Positions 11,001 to 17,096 of a stretch of 64,000 bases of DNA are shown piece by piece. A program made the position numbers and the translations under genes. Numbering within the stretch: position 1 is the first letter of the stretch; every line of letters begins with the position of its first letter. Under the pieces are notes generated by a model, which saw only the letters and a list, made by a program, of their open reading frames with translations, did not search any database and was not told where the DNA came from. Source of the stretch: a virus (lineage: Duplodnaviria; Heunggongvirae; Uroviricota; Caudoviricetes); IMG/VR virus record IMGVR_UViG_3300031555_007106; one strand, written 5' to 3'.

Positions 11001-11161
11001 TTATAATCGTCCGTACCACCATGAAGGAAGTTTACGATTACTCTCTTTTTGTCGGTATCTTCGTATGTAGGGTAACTTGCAGCAAATGCACCTAACGTAG
11101 AAGATAGCGACATTACCCCGGCAAGCGAGGCCGCAATGAAGCTTTTTACACTTTTCTTCAT
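5009..11161 (-). CDS. sortase-anchored surface adhesin (2050 aa): signal peptide, N-terminal candidate thioester domain, many Cna-B/SpaA-type repeats (G[AT]xF[KST]LY), Thr/Pro/acidic stalk, C-terminal NPETG + hydrophobic segment + charged tail
   Basis: ORF track. N-terminus MKKSVKSFIAASLAGVMSLSSTLGAFAAS. C-terminus ...DDNPETGAPLNVAGFVAMAAISGIACAASALKGVSERKK. Repeated GATFKLY/GAVFTLY/GAEFTLY/GATFSLY/GAKFGLY segments. Confidence 0.85.
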   Translation of the reverse strand: MKKSVKSFIAASLAGVMSLSSTLGAFAASYPTYEDTDKKRVIVNFLHGGTDDYNAGYNFANSGLSPSTGIGPVAAGNIVKMSVIDDTYLNYSDDPATAGKTTTGQIAYCVAPSEGISTGVYWDSATGFLGEVTDLHGVCKYLEEGTETTNAIYNNISLALSCGLTGDLTYVWQENAWHNNQLEWIEKSVNAGVKGLNKKVSLTATSETTAARIATQLIIWNIVCGWYDDSTAAIKGDEKTALNYFLANFKADEKTDIINTYSYIKTNMITLAGKTTWVYELMNRFDNTQSSSLVFVKNSEEASYAHFTIRYDTTFDMIPENAQAKFAESIFDGLKKLGLSRDDEYSNGYKKSVLQTYFEDDDNASNFIIRERNGNYTIYIPADVIETWAEDETRVVFNLEDVVTTADSSIDKFLGAVGLTHASEQEAIVPRPFMFDFGFNVEERQVPPTGLLKTFDGQEATDPSYYEQCEFVIFDKNEIAYVIATSEIDENGYTVYTFTDETTRVADNATKFVLSSDGSIHFKDNVFLGNLENYQIKEINAPAGYQKNVGKNFEASELEKDEEGHIIFNNEADGDGILYLEKWFVDKDGRTRLTARSEKEYGKAYEAGINLSKFKIKSVATGEYIGASMTEKGIYEYTGAGSTEFILAEDGSLVVDKIPTGAYIVEETTVAPDFWNRNWSDDYVPSCEVAAISVDIANTTLEERIEKAKSNSTENVFKNVYQPWWCNIKIEKDSETRVIEGFEFTIKSDKAVIHKGGEAAIYEETLATDKFGEILFEEIPAYDVDGNYATYTIHEERTNVYYKLCADQTVTVTPGETEKAQFYNYINVAAVGVVKYCEDDEVNGIEFTITGTDPAGIDPTKEYTLTVYRQRNHNSGEIVGYGELDRLPVYNTKGTAQIVYEVKEETPLRYKDQFPVEIVIKVNDDFEPELAVTQVEFENELKRVDYQFVKWCDDILDTVENNGDKSGFKFLIESQNGDYSQIAESDANGLVVFEDLPVYDKNDQLIKYNIIEIDVPDRYRRPEAITDITLNEDGLGNELGKPFNNITKDATLILTKKNEAGATLNGATFKLYEASEFDVMGESASFIASKTTKSDGKVAFEDLAFNKEYVLVETMAPMGYAKLTDPIRFTITENTVIEVENEYYYNLDCVNTQPAKIVVIKKDDETGKTLAGATFKLIQLDANGNEKKIVVEKKNTGLNGKVEFDNLSAGKYKLVEISAPYGYELPENNETIVDVPVFSSNEEAVVEIEIENKGSSNKLSVMKVDNNNIPLQGAVFTLYQITDLGGRVAVATATSDEYGIAVFNTVSSGNYEIEETKAPSGYIRTTEVFPVTVVEGQEEFIPIIIENTPTPLPSLDVMKTDLDTGKILSGAEFTLYDDKTGNAVASATTDENGVASFTDLMFDNVYWIVETKAPVDEEGNAYELLNEEIYVYIADGDTHYTLTTNCTSDLVDNYDNVRIAKEYDGETRPLALIVNVKNYKDKSEFGSLKIVKTAEDNVIENVVFNVKTTLSTGEVLSSTYATDANGEIVINDLLTVDPATGDKLVYEISEVGTPNRYYELPVQKKELKTDDTVTVKFENKLTDEEVGGIEIIKTADDDKVEGITFYVKGSDGNTYTMVTGNNGYASLENLPIYDSENNFISYEISEEELEEYIPVAPVAVERLYKGENIPVTFHNSKEYNEIRLIKVDGSNEPLEGATFSLYKDAGCKQFVASAVSAIDTNEESSTNGKAVVVFSTGITSNTTYYLRETSAPEGYNIKDTVYECVIDANNKTSYRIYNSGADLSETFPVCVNSEAEYFAKVIKTDGTKALEGAKFGLYEDEACTIKLAEDTSKIDSNKDSDTYNMAVVSFAVEVGVTRYIKEISAPAGYELSEKVFRCTVDETGRVLYRVVGTDVDFTTYPTAVNNKTEETTAPVVTTTPDDTTPPVVTTTPGGTRPPVVITTPGDTKPPVTTTPPSDDDEEITTTPPSDDDEEITTTPPSDDDEETTTTPPSDDDEEEKKKDDNPETGAPLNVAGFVAMAAISGIACAASALKGVSERKKEQENEEIIC
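5164..5310 (-). repeat. 4 tandem copies of a 36-bp repeat encoding (I/T)TTTPPSDDDEE in the adhesin stalk
   Basis: ctcttcatcgtc[ag]tccgaaggcgg[ct]gttgttgtt[ag]t x4. Confidence 0.85.
5311..5420 (-). repeat. 3 degenerate ~36-bp tandem repeats encoding TTPGxTxPPVV Thr/Pro linker
   Basis: aggaggctttgtatcaccgggagttgttataacaac / aggaggtcttgtaccgccgggagttgttgtaacaac / gggaggtgtagtatcatcaggtgtagtagttacaac. Confidence 0.7.
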
Positions 11162-11402
11162 TTTGTTTACTCCTTTTCTGTTTTTCTTAGACGGAAAAAT
11201 CCGCCATTAATAGTATGATAGAATAAATCGAAAATAAAAAACATTCTATCACACATAGCTTACATATATAGTATGATAGAAAAAATGAAAAAAAGTAAAA
11301 CTTTTTCTTTTCTCACATATAGATTTTTAAATATACCATTATAATATATAATTCAAATGAGTTTGTTGCAATCAATACATTAATAACATATATTGAACGT
11401 TC

Positions 11403-11437
11403 AAGAAAAAAAGAACACCGCTATAAAACGGTGTTCT
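11403..11437 (-). terminator. rho-independent terminator of the transglutaminase-like gene
   Basis: 9-bp stem AGAACACCG / CGGTGTTCT with 8-nt loop, followed on minus strand by TTTTTTTCTTG. Confidence 0.8.
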
Positions 11438-11451
11438 TAAAACATTAGTTT

Positions 11452-12384
11452 TTACTTAATCTCAATCTTAATATTCGTTCTTTTGCCATCAGAAACCACT
11501 ACAAGATACACAGGACCTTTCTTCAAGCCCTTAACATACAGAGTACCCGACTTAGACTTAACAAGCTTAGCTCTTTTTGTGTTAGAAAAATAAACCTTAA
11601 CATCATCAGTGTTGTATTCTACAAGCTTATTAAGCTTTATTTTCTTCCCTACCGAAAGGCTTACAGAGGACTTATCGGTTATATCCTTATATTCATAAAG
11701 AGTTCCATCATTGTAGATTTGCATATCTTCCACAAAATTCTTAGGAGGAGAAGGTGGATTATTGATATCATATTCGGTTATACAAGGATTACTTCTTTTT
11801 TCTGTTGCCGAATATCCGTGTTTCTTAGCGAACTGAGCATCAGTCTTTAAAAACCAAACGTACTTATTGGGAGCACAGTCGCTCCAGCAAGCGTCCACAT
11901 TGTACCAGTTGTTATAAATGCGAACTTGGTTCCAATCGTGGCAAAGCTTTCCGCTTGACAAAGTTACGCAAGTTATATCACACTTCTCACATAAGTATTC
12001 GAGTGCATCGGCATACCCGGAACACACAGCCTTACCATTAACAAGACACCATTCCTTAGTAACTTCACCTTCATGTCCTAATAAAAGGTCTCCGGCATCA
12101 TCTGGCAGATATCCGCTTGGATACTTTCCATAGAAATCATAATCATATTCTACGCTATCAAGAACAAAATCATAGATAATCTTAAATCTTTTCCAAAGAT
12201 TATCTTCTTTATTTGCTTTCTTTACAATATCTTCAGTAAACTCTTCTAATTCATCTTTAGAATATTGTAATCTTTGTTTATGTGTCGAACCCTTAGCTAC
12301 GACTTCCGCACTCGCCGTCACACTCATCGCACTAAACATTGTAGTAACTGCCATAACAGCAGCGATTAACCTTTTAAATTTCAT
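11452..12384 (-). CDS. secreted transglutaminase-like cysteine-protease-domain protein with C-terminal Big_2-like Ig domain (310 aa from Met24 of the ORF)
   Basis: ORF 11452..12453. Start moved to MKFKRLIAAVMAVTTMFSAMSVTASA (signal peptide) at 12384 with RBS AAAGGAG 7 nt upstream. Cys-His-Asp pattern: KAVCSGYADALEY...CHDWNQV...NVDACW. C-terminus resembles Big_2. Confidence 0.7.
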   Translation of the reverse strand: MKFKRLIAAVMAVTTMFSAMSVTASAEVVAKGSTHKQRLQYSKDELEEFTEDIVKKANKEDNLWKRFKIIYDFVLDSVEYDYDFYGKYPSGYLPDDAGDLLLGHEGEVTKEWCLVNGKAVCSGYADALEYLCEKCDITCVTLSSGKLCHDWNQVRIYNNWYNVDACWSDCAPNKYVWFLKTDAQFAKKHGYSATEKRSNPCITEYDINNPPSPPKNFVEDMQIYNDGTLYEYKDITDKSSVSLSVGKKIKLNKLVEYNTDDVKVYFSNTKRAKLVKSKSGTLYVKGLKKGPVYLVVVSDGKRTNIKIEIK

Positions 12385-12641
12385 ACATATACTCCTTTCA
12401 AAAAGCATTAAAATTTTATTCTTACACCTATAGTATGATGGAAAATTTCCCAAATCAATAAACTTTTTGCGTTCTCACACACGATTTTTTAAAATTTTCT
12501 GTGTATCATTATATATTATAATAGTATATGTGAGGATTTTCTAAAGTTTTCTACCACATTATACCATATAAGACAATGCAAGTCAAGAAAAAAAGATATG
12601 TAAGAATTTACAGTATATATGAAGAAAAATAAAAAAATATA

Positions 12642-12670
12642 TTGACAAACTCCCGTAAATGCTGTATAAT
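12642..12670 (+). promoter_or_regulatory. perfect consensus sigma-70-type promoter TTGACA-17-TATAAT for the plus-strand operon (150-nt leader)
   Basis: ttgacaaactcccgtaaatgctgtataat. Confidence 0.75.
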
Positions 12671-12826
12671 GAATATCAACAAAACACACGTTTGTGTGAT
12701 AGATAGGATGTTTAAATTATGCAATTAATTAAATTACTTATCGAAGACGCTTATTCGTGAGAATAATAGCGCCTTTTTTAGTATATTTTAAAATTAACGA
12801 CATAATATTAATTAGGTGGGTTCAGT

Positions 12827-13198
12827 TTGAGCGATAAGTTAAAAGCTTTTATTCTTTGGGCGTCTACAATTTTAGTCCTTGCTGTAATTTTATTCACTTT
12901 TGTGATTCCTTTAATAGCATTGTTGGTATTTGCGGTATTTCTCCCTGATGTCGACACAGCGTCTCTTACGGAATTTTCACAAAATGTAAGTTCATTTTTA
13001 GGCTTTACGTCTGTTCTACTTGCGATATTTTCTGTATGGCAAGCTTATAAAGGTAATCAGGAGTTTGGCAAGATTGTAAATGAGTTGCAGAACTTAAAAG
13101 AAATCCAAACCGATTTAATCAGCGCCGTCAAACATTCTTCTGAGCTTTCTTCCGTACCTGCTCAAACCCCTATTTGGAAGAAAGACGAATCAAAATGA
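12827..13198 (+). CDS. small membrane protein (123 aa, two TM helices, C-terminal coiled-coil-like tail); TTG start
   Basis: ORF track. AGGTGGG RBS 5 nt upstream of TTG. Hydrophobic segments ILWASTILVLAVILFTFVIPLIALLVFAVFL and FLGFTSVLLAIFSVW. Confidence 0.55.
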   Translation: MSDKLKAFILWASTILVLAVILFTFVIPLIALLVFAVFLPDVDTASLTEFSQNVSSFLGFTSVLLAIFSVWQAYKGNQEFGKIVNELQNLKEIQTDLISAVKHSSELSSVPAQTPIWKKDESK

Positions 13199-13207
13199 GG
13201 TGATTTC

Positions 13208-13708
13208 ATGTGCATGAAATATATTAATGCTAATGTTTCGTTTTTTGAATCTATTTCTATCGAAAACAATATAGTAGCGAAAATGGAACGCTCTTTTGAT
13301 ACTATATTAGCTACTTCCAACGAAAAGGGAGAATACATTGTTTCGGATTTTTCGTTGTTCACTAGTTTAAATGTAATAGGCACCAATAATCCGGACGAAC
13401 AGAAAAATCATGTTTTACATCAAAAGGGTACTCTTAAAGTGATACTTAGGCTGACTAAATGCAGTACAGATGTTTCAAAACAACTTGGAGCTGATGTGGA
13501 TAGTTTTGAATTTGATTTTTCTAAGATAACTCCAGATATGGCTTGTTATCCTTTTTATTGTTTCACTCGTGTTACACATATGAATGGTATTAATGTCCCA
13601 GAACTAGGAGCATATGTAGTTAAAGTTTTGGTTAAAGATGATTTCACAGATGATTATACAATACAATCTATGCGACGATTAATTATAACTGATAAAATTT
13701 CTTCATAA
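13208..13708 (+). CDS. hypothetical protein (166 aa)
   Basis: ORF track. Follows previous gene by 10 nt with AGGTGA RBS. Ends at the bidirectional terminator. Confidence 0.55.
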   Translation: MCMKYINANVSFFESISIENNIVAKMERSFDTILATSNEKGEYIVSDFSLFTSLNVIGTNNPDEQKNHVLHQKGTLKVILRLTKCSTDVSKQLGADVDSFEFDFSKITPDMACYPFYCFTRVTHMNGINVPELGAYVVKVLVKDDFTDDYTIQSMRRLIITDKISS

Positions 13709-13714
13709 AAAAAA

Positions 13715-13752
13715 CAAAAAAACACAGTATCTTTGGATGCTGTGTTTTTCTT
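13715..13752. terminator. bidirectional rho-independent terminator (ends plus-strand operon 12827-13708 and a short minus-strand transcript)
   Basis: aaaaaaacaaaaaa-ACACAGT-atctttggat-GCTGTGT-ttttctttat: A-tract before and T-tract after the hairpin. Confidence 0.75.
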
Positions 13753-13845
13753 TATATGACAGTATAAATCAAGAAAAATTATATGTCTTATCTTGCTCTG
13801 TTTCATTCGGCCAAACAGTATTCATACATATCTCTTTCTGAGACC
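13715..13845 (-). ncRNA. candidate small RNA (~130 nt) from the 13852-13880 promoter to the shared bidirectional terminator; convergent with the plus-strand operon
   Basis: No ORF longer than 14 codons and no RBS. Internal hairpin CUGUUU-ggccgaaug-AAACAG. Confidence 0.35.
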
Positions 13846-13851
13846 ATGCTC

Positions 13852-13880
13852 GTTATACTACAGGTAGTCTCTGATGTCAA
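13852..13880 (-). promoter_or_regulatory. near-consensus promoter TTGACA-17-TATAAC on minus strand, divergent from the 13952 promoter; preceded by TCTATCATACTAT motif
   Basis: Minus strand: CATACTATAAGTAAAAAATATTGACATCAGAGACTACCTGTAGTATAAC. Confidence 0.55.
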
Positions 13881-13951
13881 TATTTTTTACTTATAGTATG
13901 ATAGAAAAAAATACAAGACTAAAAAAATTTTCAAATTTCTATCTTTTCCTA

Positions 13952-13980
13952 TTGACAAATTAGACTAAATCTGTTATAAT
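13952..13980 (+). promoter_or_regulatory. perfect consensus TTGACA-17-TATAAT promoter driving a ~70-nt terminated transcript
   Basis: ttgacaaattagactaaatctgttataat. Terminator at 14026-14059. Confidence 0.7.
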
Positions 13981-13986
13981 AATAAT

Positions 13987-14059
13987 AAGAGATGGTTATG
14001 TATGTTTTTATATACATACCAATTTAGTCCGTCTGCTCCGCAGATGGACTTCTTTTTTT
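13987..14059 (+). ncRNA. candidate small RNA (~72 nt): two stem-loops (GGUUAUGUAUG...AUACAUACC and terminator); only an 11-codon hydrophobic ORF (MVMYVFIYIPI) without usable RBS
   Basis: Consensus promoter + intrinsic terminator bracket a 70-nt non-coding stretch. No plus-strand gene downstream. Confidence 0.45.
14026..14059 (+). terminator. rho-independent terminator of a short plus-strand transcript
   Basis: AGTCCGTCTG-CTCCG-CAGATGGACT (10-bp stem, one G-U) followed by TTCTTTTTTTG. Confidence 0.75.
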
Positions 14060-14099
14060 GCTTTCACTTTCTTTGATTGCATCATTTCTCTGTTATTTA

Positions 14100-14340
14100 T
14101 AATCATTATTATTATAATCGACATCAATTTTATTAATTTTTGATGTCATTATCTTTCAGTTTTTAGACCTATAGCATCAAACAGTATTTTTCCACTATTT
14201 GACTACAACTTCACAATATCACAACTTGACATCAATTTTTAAATCACAATCTCAAAAACACTCCTATTTTGAGATTTACATTTCTATATTACAACATCAA
14301 TATCTCAATTTTGCTATATTTTGAGATTTATATGCAAAGA
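14100..14340. repeat. AT-rich non-coding block with palindromes (GACATCAA-12-TTGATGTC; AATCTCAAAA-9-TTTTGAGATT; ATCTCAA...TTGAGAT) and direct repeats (acaactt x2, tattttgagattta x2, (c)atcaa/atcacaa iterations)
   Basis: Read directly. Lies between convergent terminators at 14059 and 14340. Confidence 0.6.
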
Positions 14341-14378
14341 AAAAGAGGCCCTTCAAAGACCTCTTTTCTTTATTTTGC
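14340..14378 (-). terminator. candidate terminator ending the first minus-strand unit (downstream of 14381..14776)
   Basis: aaagAGAGGCC-cttcaaa-GACCTCTtttctttatttt: 7-bp stem with one mismatch, flanked by A- and T-tracts (bidirectional-looking). Confidence 0.55.
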
Positions 14379-14380
14379 TA

Positions 14381-14776
14381 TTATTGCTGGGTTTCCGCAG
14401 ATAAAATCTCATAAGCTTTTCTCAGCATATCCATATCAAAAAAACCGAAATGACAATCTTCGACGGAGATGCCGAGCTGCTTAGCAAGCTTTTTATATGC
14501 TTTGTTTCTTTTCTTTCTTCTCTCCCGAGGCTCTGAATCCTTCCATTTTAAATCGAATAAATCGTGGCACTTCTTCTTGAGTGTTCTCATTTCTTCATTG
14601 GAAAGAATTCCGTAAGCTTCATCAGGACGAGGTTCGTGTGTACCAACACGGGCACCGCAATTCGTACATAAGTACATTTTCCCACTTCCATAAGGTCTAC
14701 CGTATATTCTAGCATTGTCGGTGAATATAACTTCACCACCGCAAATGTTACATACAGTTGGTCTTAATTCAATCAC
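14381..14776 (-). CDS. zinc-ribbon protein (131 aa; GTG start); CxxCGG...C..CGA pattern, DUF3268-like
   Basis: ORF track. Motif CNICGGEV...YLCTNCGARVGTHEP. First gene of array after terminator at ~14340-14378. Confidence 0.6.
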   Translation of the reverse strand: MIELRPTVCNICGGEVIFTDNARIYGRPYGSGKMYLCTNCGARVGTHEPRPDEAYGILSNEEMRTLKKKCHDLFDLKWKDSEPRERRKKRNKAYKKLAKQLGISVEDCHFGFFDMDMLRKAYEILSAETQQ

Positions 14777-14796
14777 AGTAAATCTCCTTTCTCAAA

Positions 14797-15063
14797 TTAA
14801 CCTTCTTCAGCAGTCGTAAGTTCCAATTTTTCAGAATTTGTCTTTGGATTCTTGAGGTCTGCAAGAAGTCTTTCGATAGCGTCAACGATATTTTCATTCT
14901 GAGCTAAAGTTGCCTCTACTGTGATATCGCGAGTTAAAAACGAACTGCAGAAAGGACATAATTCCATCCCTGCACTGTTCACTTCGAGATTTTCGTCATC
15001 CCATACAGTCTTACAACCGATACAATAAAGCTTTCTTATTCCTTCTCTTCTAAATGTATTCAT
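14797..15063 (-). CDS. small Zn-ribbon protein (88 aa; CIGC...CPFC)
   Basis: ORF track. 4-nt overlap with upstream gene. Confidence 0.6.
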   Translation of the reverse strand: MNTFRREGIRKLYCIGCKTVWDDENLEVNSAGMELCPFCSSFLTRDITVEATLAQNENIVDAIERLLADLKNPKTNSEKLELTTAEEG

Positions 15064-15695
15064 GCCTTTTTCCTTTCTTTTTTACCGTGGAACACCTTAT
15101 TAAAGCTATCGATTGCTGAAATGATAGAGTCCAGTTTTTCGATATACCCTTCATTTATCGTGCATTCAAGATATTTTGTCACTTCATCTGAATCAAGAGG
15201 TCGATTATCCGGTAGTTCCTTTTGAACTTTTTTCACATCATTTGTAACCTTGTAACGCAAATGAGTGAGGTAATTGTAAATATCAACAGTATTTTTGTTA
15301 TTTTCACGAAATGCGTTCGAAATAAAGTCAACAGCAGCACAAGCTCCGTTCTCTTTTGCAAACTGTAAAAAAGCAGGAGATTCTTCATTAACAGAAGATT
15401 TGCCTTTATTGTACACCAATTCAACATCCAACACATCTCCAATAGCTTCAGCTATTCGCGTAGAACAAATAACCTGTTCAATATTTTCATCACCACTGTC
15501 TTTTTCGATAACTGCTTCTGCCCCGCAAATCTTACAGGTCCAGATATTATCAGCGTCCGGGCCGTGAGTTACCTCAACACAGCTATTCTCCTCTTCGAGA
15601 AAATCGCCGTTTTCATCAACAACCCAATCCTGACATACATGAGCAGTTGTAACAAACTGCTTATGCTCAATATTGTTCGGACATATTGCTTTCAT
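15060..15695 (-). CDS. hypothetical Cys-rich protein (211 aa); C-terminal half shares a domain with the N-terminal part of 19740..20576
   Basis: ORF track. SPAFLQFAKENGACAAVDFISNA...DIYNYL vs SPKFLQVAKNEGDKAVIEFITNS...EIYHYL. Confidence 0.65.
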   Translation of the reverse strand: MKAICPNNIEHKQFVTTAHVCQDWVVDENGDFLEEENSCVEVTHGPDADNIWTCKICGAEAVIEKDSGDENIEQVICSTRIAEAIGDVLDVELVYNKGKSSVNEESPAFLQFAKENGACAAVDFISNAFRENNKNTVDIYNYLTHLRYKVTNDVKKVQKELPDNRPLDSDEVTKYLECTINEGYIEKLDSIISAIDSFNKVFHGKKERKKA

Positions 15696-15776
15696 TTTTC
15701 TTTCTCCTTTTCTTAACGCAAATAGTCTATAGATTTTCTTTTTGTACCATTTTCATTGCTGTACACAAATGTGATT

Positions 15777-16706
15777 TCATCTTTCGTTATCTCCTTCGCA
15801 AATTAACTTTATCAAGTCATCTTCGGTACTTCCAACACTCTTCCCTTTTCTATGATAGATGATGATATTTTCGTCAGAGGAAAAGAATTCCCCGTAAATT
15901 TTCTTCCATGAATTAGCTGTGATGTTCGGAGCTATAAATTTGGTAAACAAGAAAACCTTGTATCCTTTTCTTTTAAGAGCATTATATAATGCCATTGATA
16001 AGATAGGATACTTTTCACCATTATTTATTTCTGCATCACGGAGCATAGAATAATCATTACCGCACAAGCATAATTCTACACCATACCAAGTGTCTTCATT
16101 ATAGCCGCTTGTAAGTTCACTTACAATTTTCGATATCAAAGCTTCGTTTTGAGCTTCAAATTCGATATCATTATTAATAATATTACTCTTATCAAAGACG
16201 ACATCCGCAATCGGGGCTAAACCTTCTGCGGTTGTTACGAGTTTTTCTTTTGCTTTTGCAAATTCATCCATGTTACACTCTTCATTAGCAACATAACAAA
16301 CGAAACTGTCGTATATTGCTTTATTAAGTTCTGTAACTGAATTTTCGCTTGTTTCGGTTAAGAAAACACATGATTTTATGTCTCTTTCCCATAGCTTAGT
16401 AAAAACATACGCCGCTACTTCCTTCATTACATTAACGCTGTCACTTATCCACACAACTGATTTTTCCATATTGTTTCCTTTTGCTTCAACAATCTCAGCA
16501 TTAAAATGCTCATTGCTGAGAAACCTTCCAGCCCAACCGTTATCGAAATTGTCGACAATGTAATCCTTATATTCTTCTGAATATCTGACTGTCCCGATAG
16601 AAGTTACCGCACCCGTTATGTAGTTATTGGTCACTTTCAAGTGGTCTCCAACAGCAATTTGTTTACCGTATCTATCACAAAAAGGAGTATACTGCTTCTC
16701 ATTCAT
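15777..16706 (-). CDS. hypothetical protein (309 aa)
   Basis: ORF 15777..16769. Start moved to MNEKQYTPF (Met22), with AAGGAG upstream and an 8-nt overlap with the upstream gene stop. Confidence 0.6.
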   Translation of the reverse strand: MNEKQYTPFCDRYGKQIAVGDHLKVTNNYITGAVTSIGTVRYSEEYKDYIVDNFDNGWAGRFLSNEHFNAEIVEAKGNNMEKSVVWISDSVNVMKEVAAYVFTKLWERDIKSCVFLTETSENSVTELNKAIYDSFVCYVANEECNMDEFAKAKEKLVTTAEGLAPIADVVFDKSNIINNDIEFEAQNEALISKIVSELTSGYNEDTWYGVELCLCGNDYSMLRDAEINNGEKYPILSMALYNALKRKGYKVFLFTKFIAPNITANSWKKIYGEFFSSDENIIIYHRKGKSVGSTEDDLIKLICEGDNER

Positions 16707-16956
16707 TTCCGGAATCTCCTTCCATAACAGGATTAAAGAAATTGATACAGTCTGCTGCAGATACAACAATTACTGCAGGACAGAAATTCATAACCATACC
16801 CTGATGAATGTCTTCTGCTACGGTCTTTGTGAACTTCATAGCGGGCTTGCCGGGTTCACATAAAAATGACTTTGTAGTGTTGTTAATCTTAGTAACATAA
16901 GATAAGCTACCATCATCAGATACAACAGCTAAAAAATAATCATACTTCTTTCTCAT
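16699..16956 (-). CDS. hypothetical protein (85 aa); first gene after cassette 1
   Basis: ORF 16699..17013. Its first 19 codons (MTTGVLKNCYYFIMKGKLI) are cassette sequence. Real start MRKKYDYF, preceded by AAAGGAAAA. Confidence 0.6.
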   Translation of the reverse strand: MRKKYDYFLAVVSDDGSLSYVTKINNTTKSFLCEPGKPAMKFTKTVAEDIHQGMVMNFCPAVIVVSAADCINFFNPVMEGDSGNE

Positions 16957-17096
16957 AATTAATTTTCCTTTCATAATAAAATAATAGCAATTCTTTAAAA
17001 CTCCAGTCGTCATAAAATAATTGCTATTTATAGTATGGTAAAAAAGCTGTAAAACAAAAAAGCCCGCCGTAGCGAGCCTTTTTCTTTGTTTTGCTA
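16957..17096 (-). repeat. terminator-promoter-RBS cassette copy 1
   Basis: Matches ~130-bp consensus (minus orientation): TAATAGCAATAAC-AAAGAAAAAGGCTCGC-TACG-GCGGGCTTTTTTG-TTTTAC-GCAAACTTTATCATACTAT-TAGTAGCAATTATTTT-ATGACGACTGGAGTTTTAAAG-AATTGCTATTATTTT-ATTATGAAAGGAAA-N-ATG. Confidence 0.85.

Noticed and set aside
13715-14059. Type I toxin-antitoxin (par/Fst-like) reading of the convergent short transcripts sharing a bidirectional terminator
   Set aside because: The only ORFs are 11 and 14 codons without RBS. Type I toxins are usually 25-60 aa with a clear TM helix and SD. The RNAs were kept only as sRNA candidates.
14269-14484. Plus-strand 71-aa ORF in the AT-rich repeat block
   Set aside because: It crosses a terminator hairpin and the 3' end of the 14381 gene. 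It has no RBS and reads through low-complexity repeat translation.
16957-17013. Conserved 'MTTGVLKNCYYF...' N-termini (ORFs 16699..17013, 37864..38115, 48855..49367, and the MTLWSSKNC start of 35492..36196), a possible conserved leader peptide or uORF
   Set aside because: The ATGACGACTGGAG is part of the cassette and has no RBS. In copies 2 and 3 the same reading frame hits a stop after 5-12 codons. A proper AAAGGAA-spaced ATG exists downstream in every case. This is an ORF-caller artefact of the repeat.
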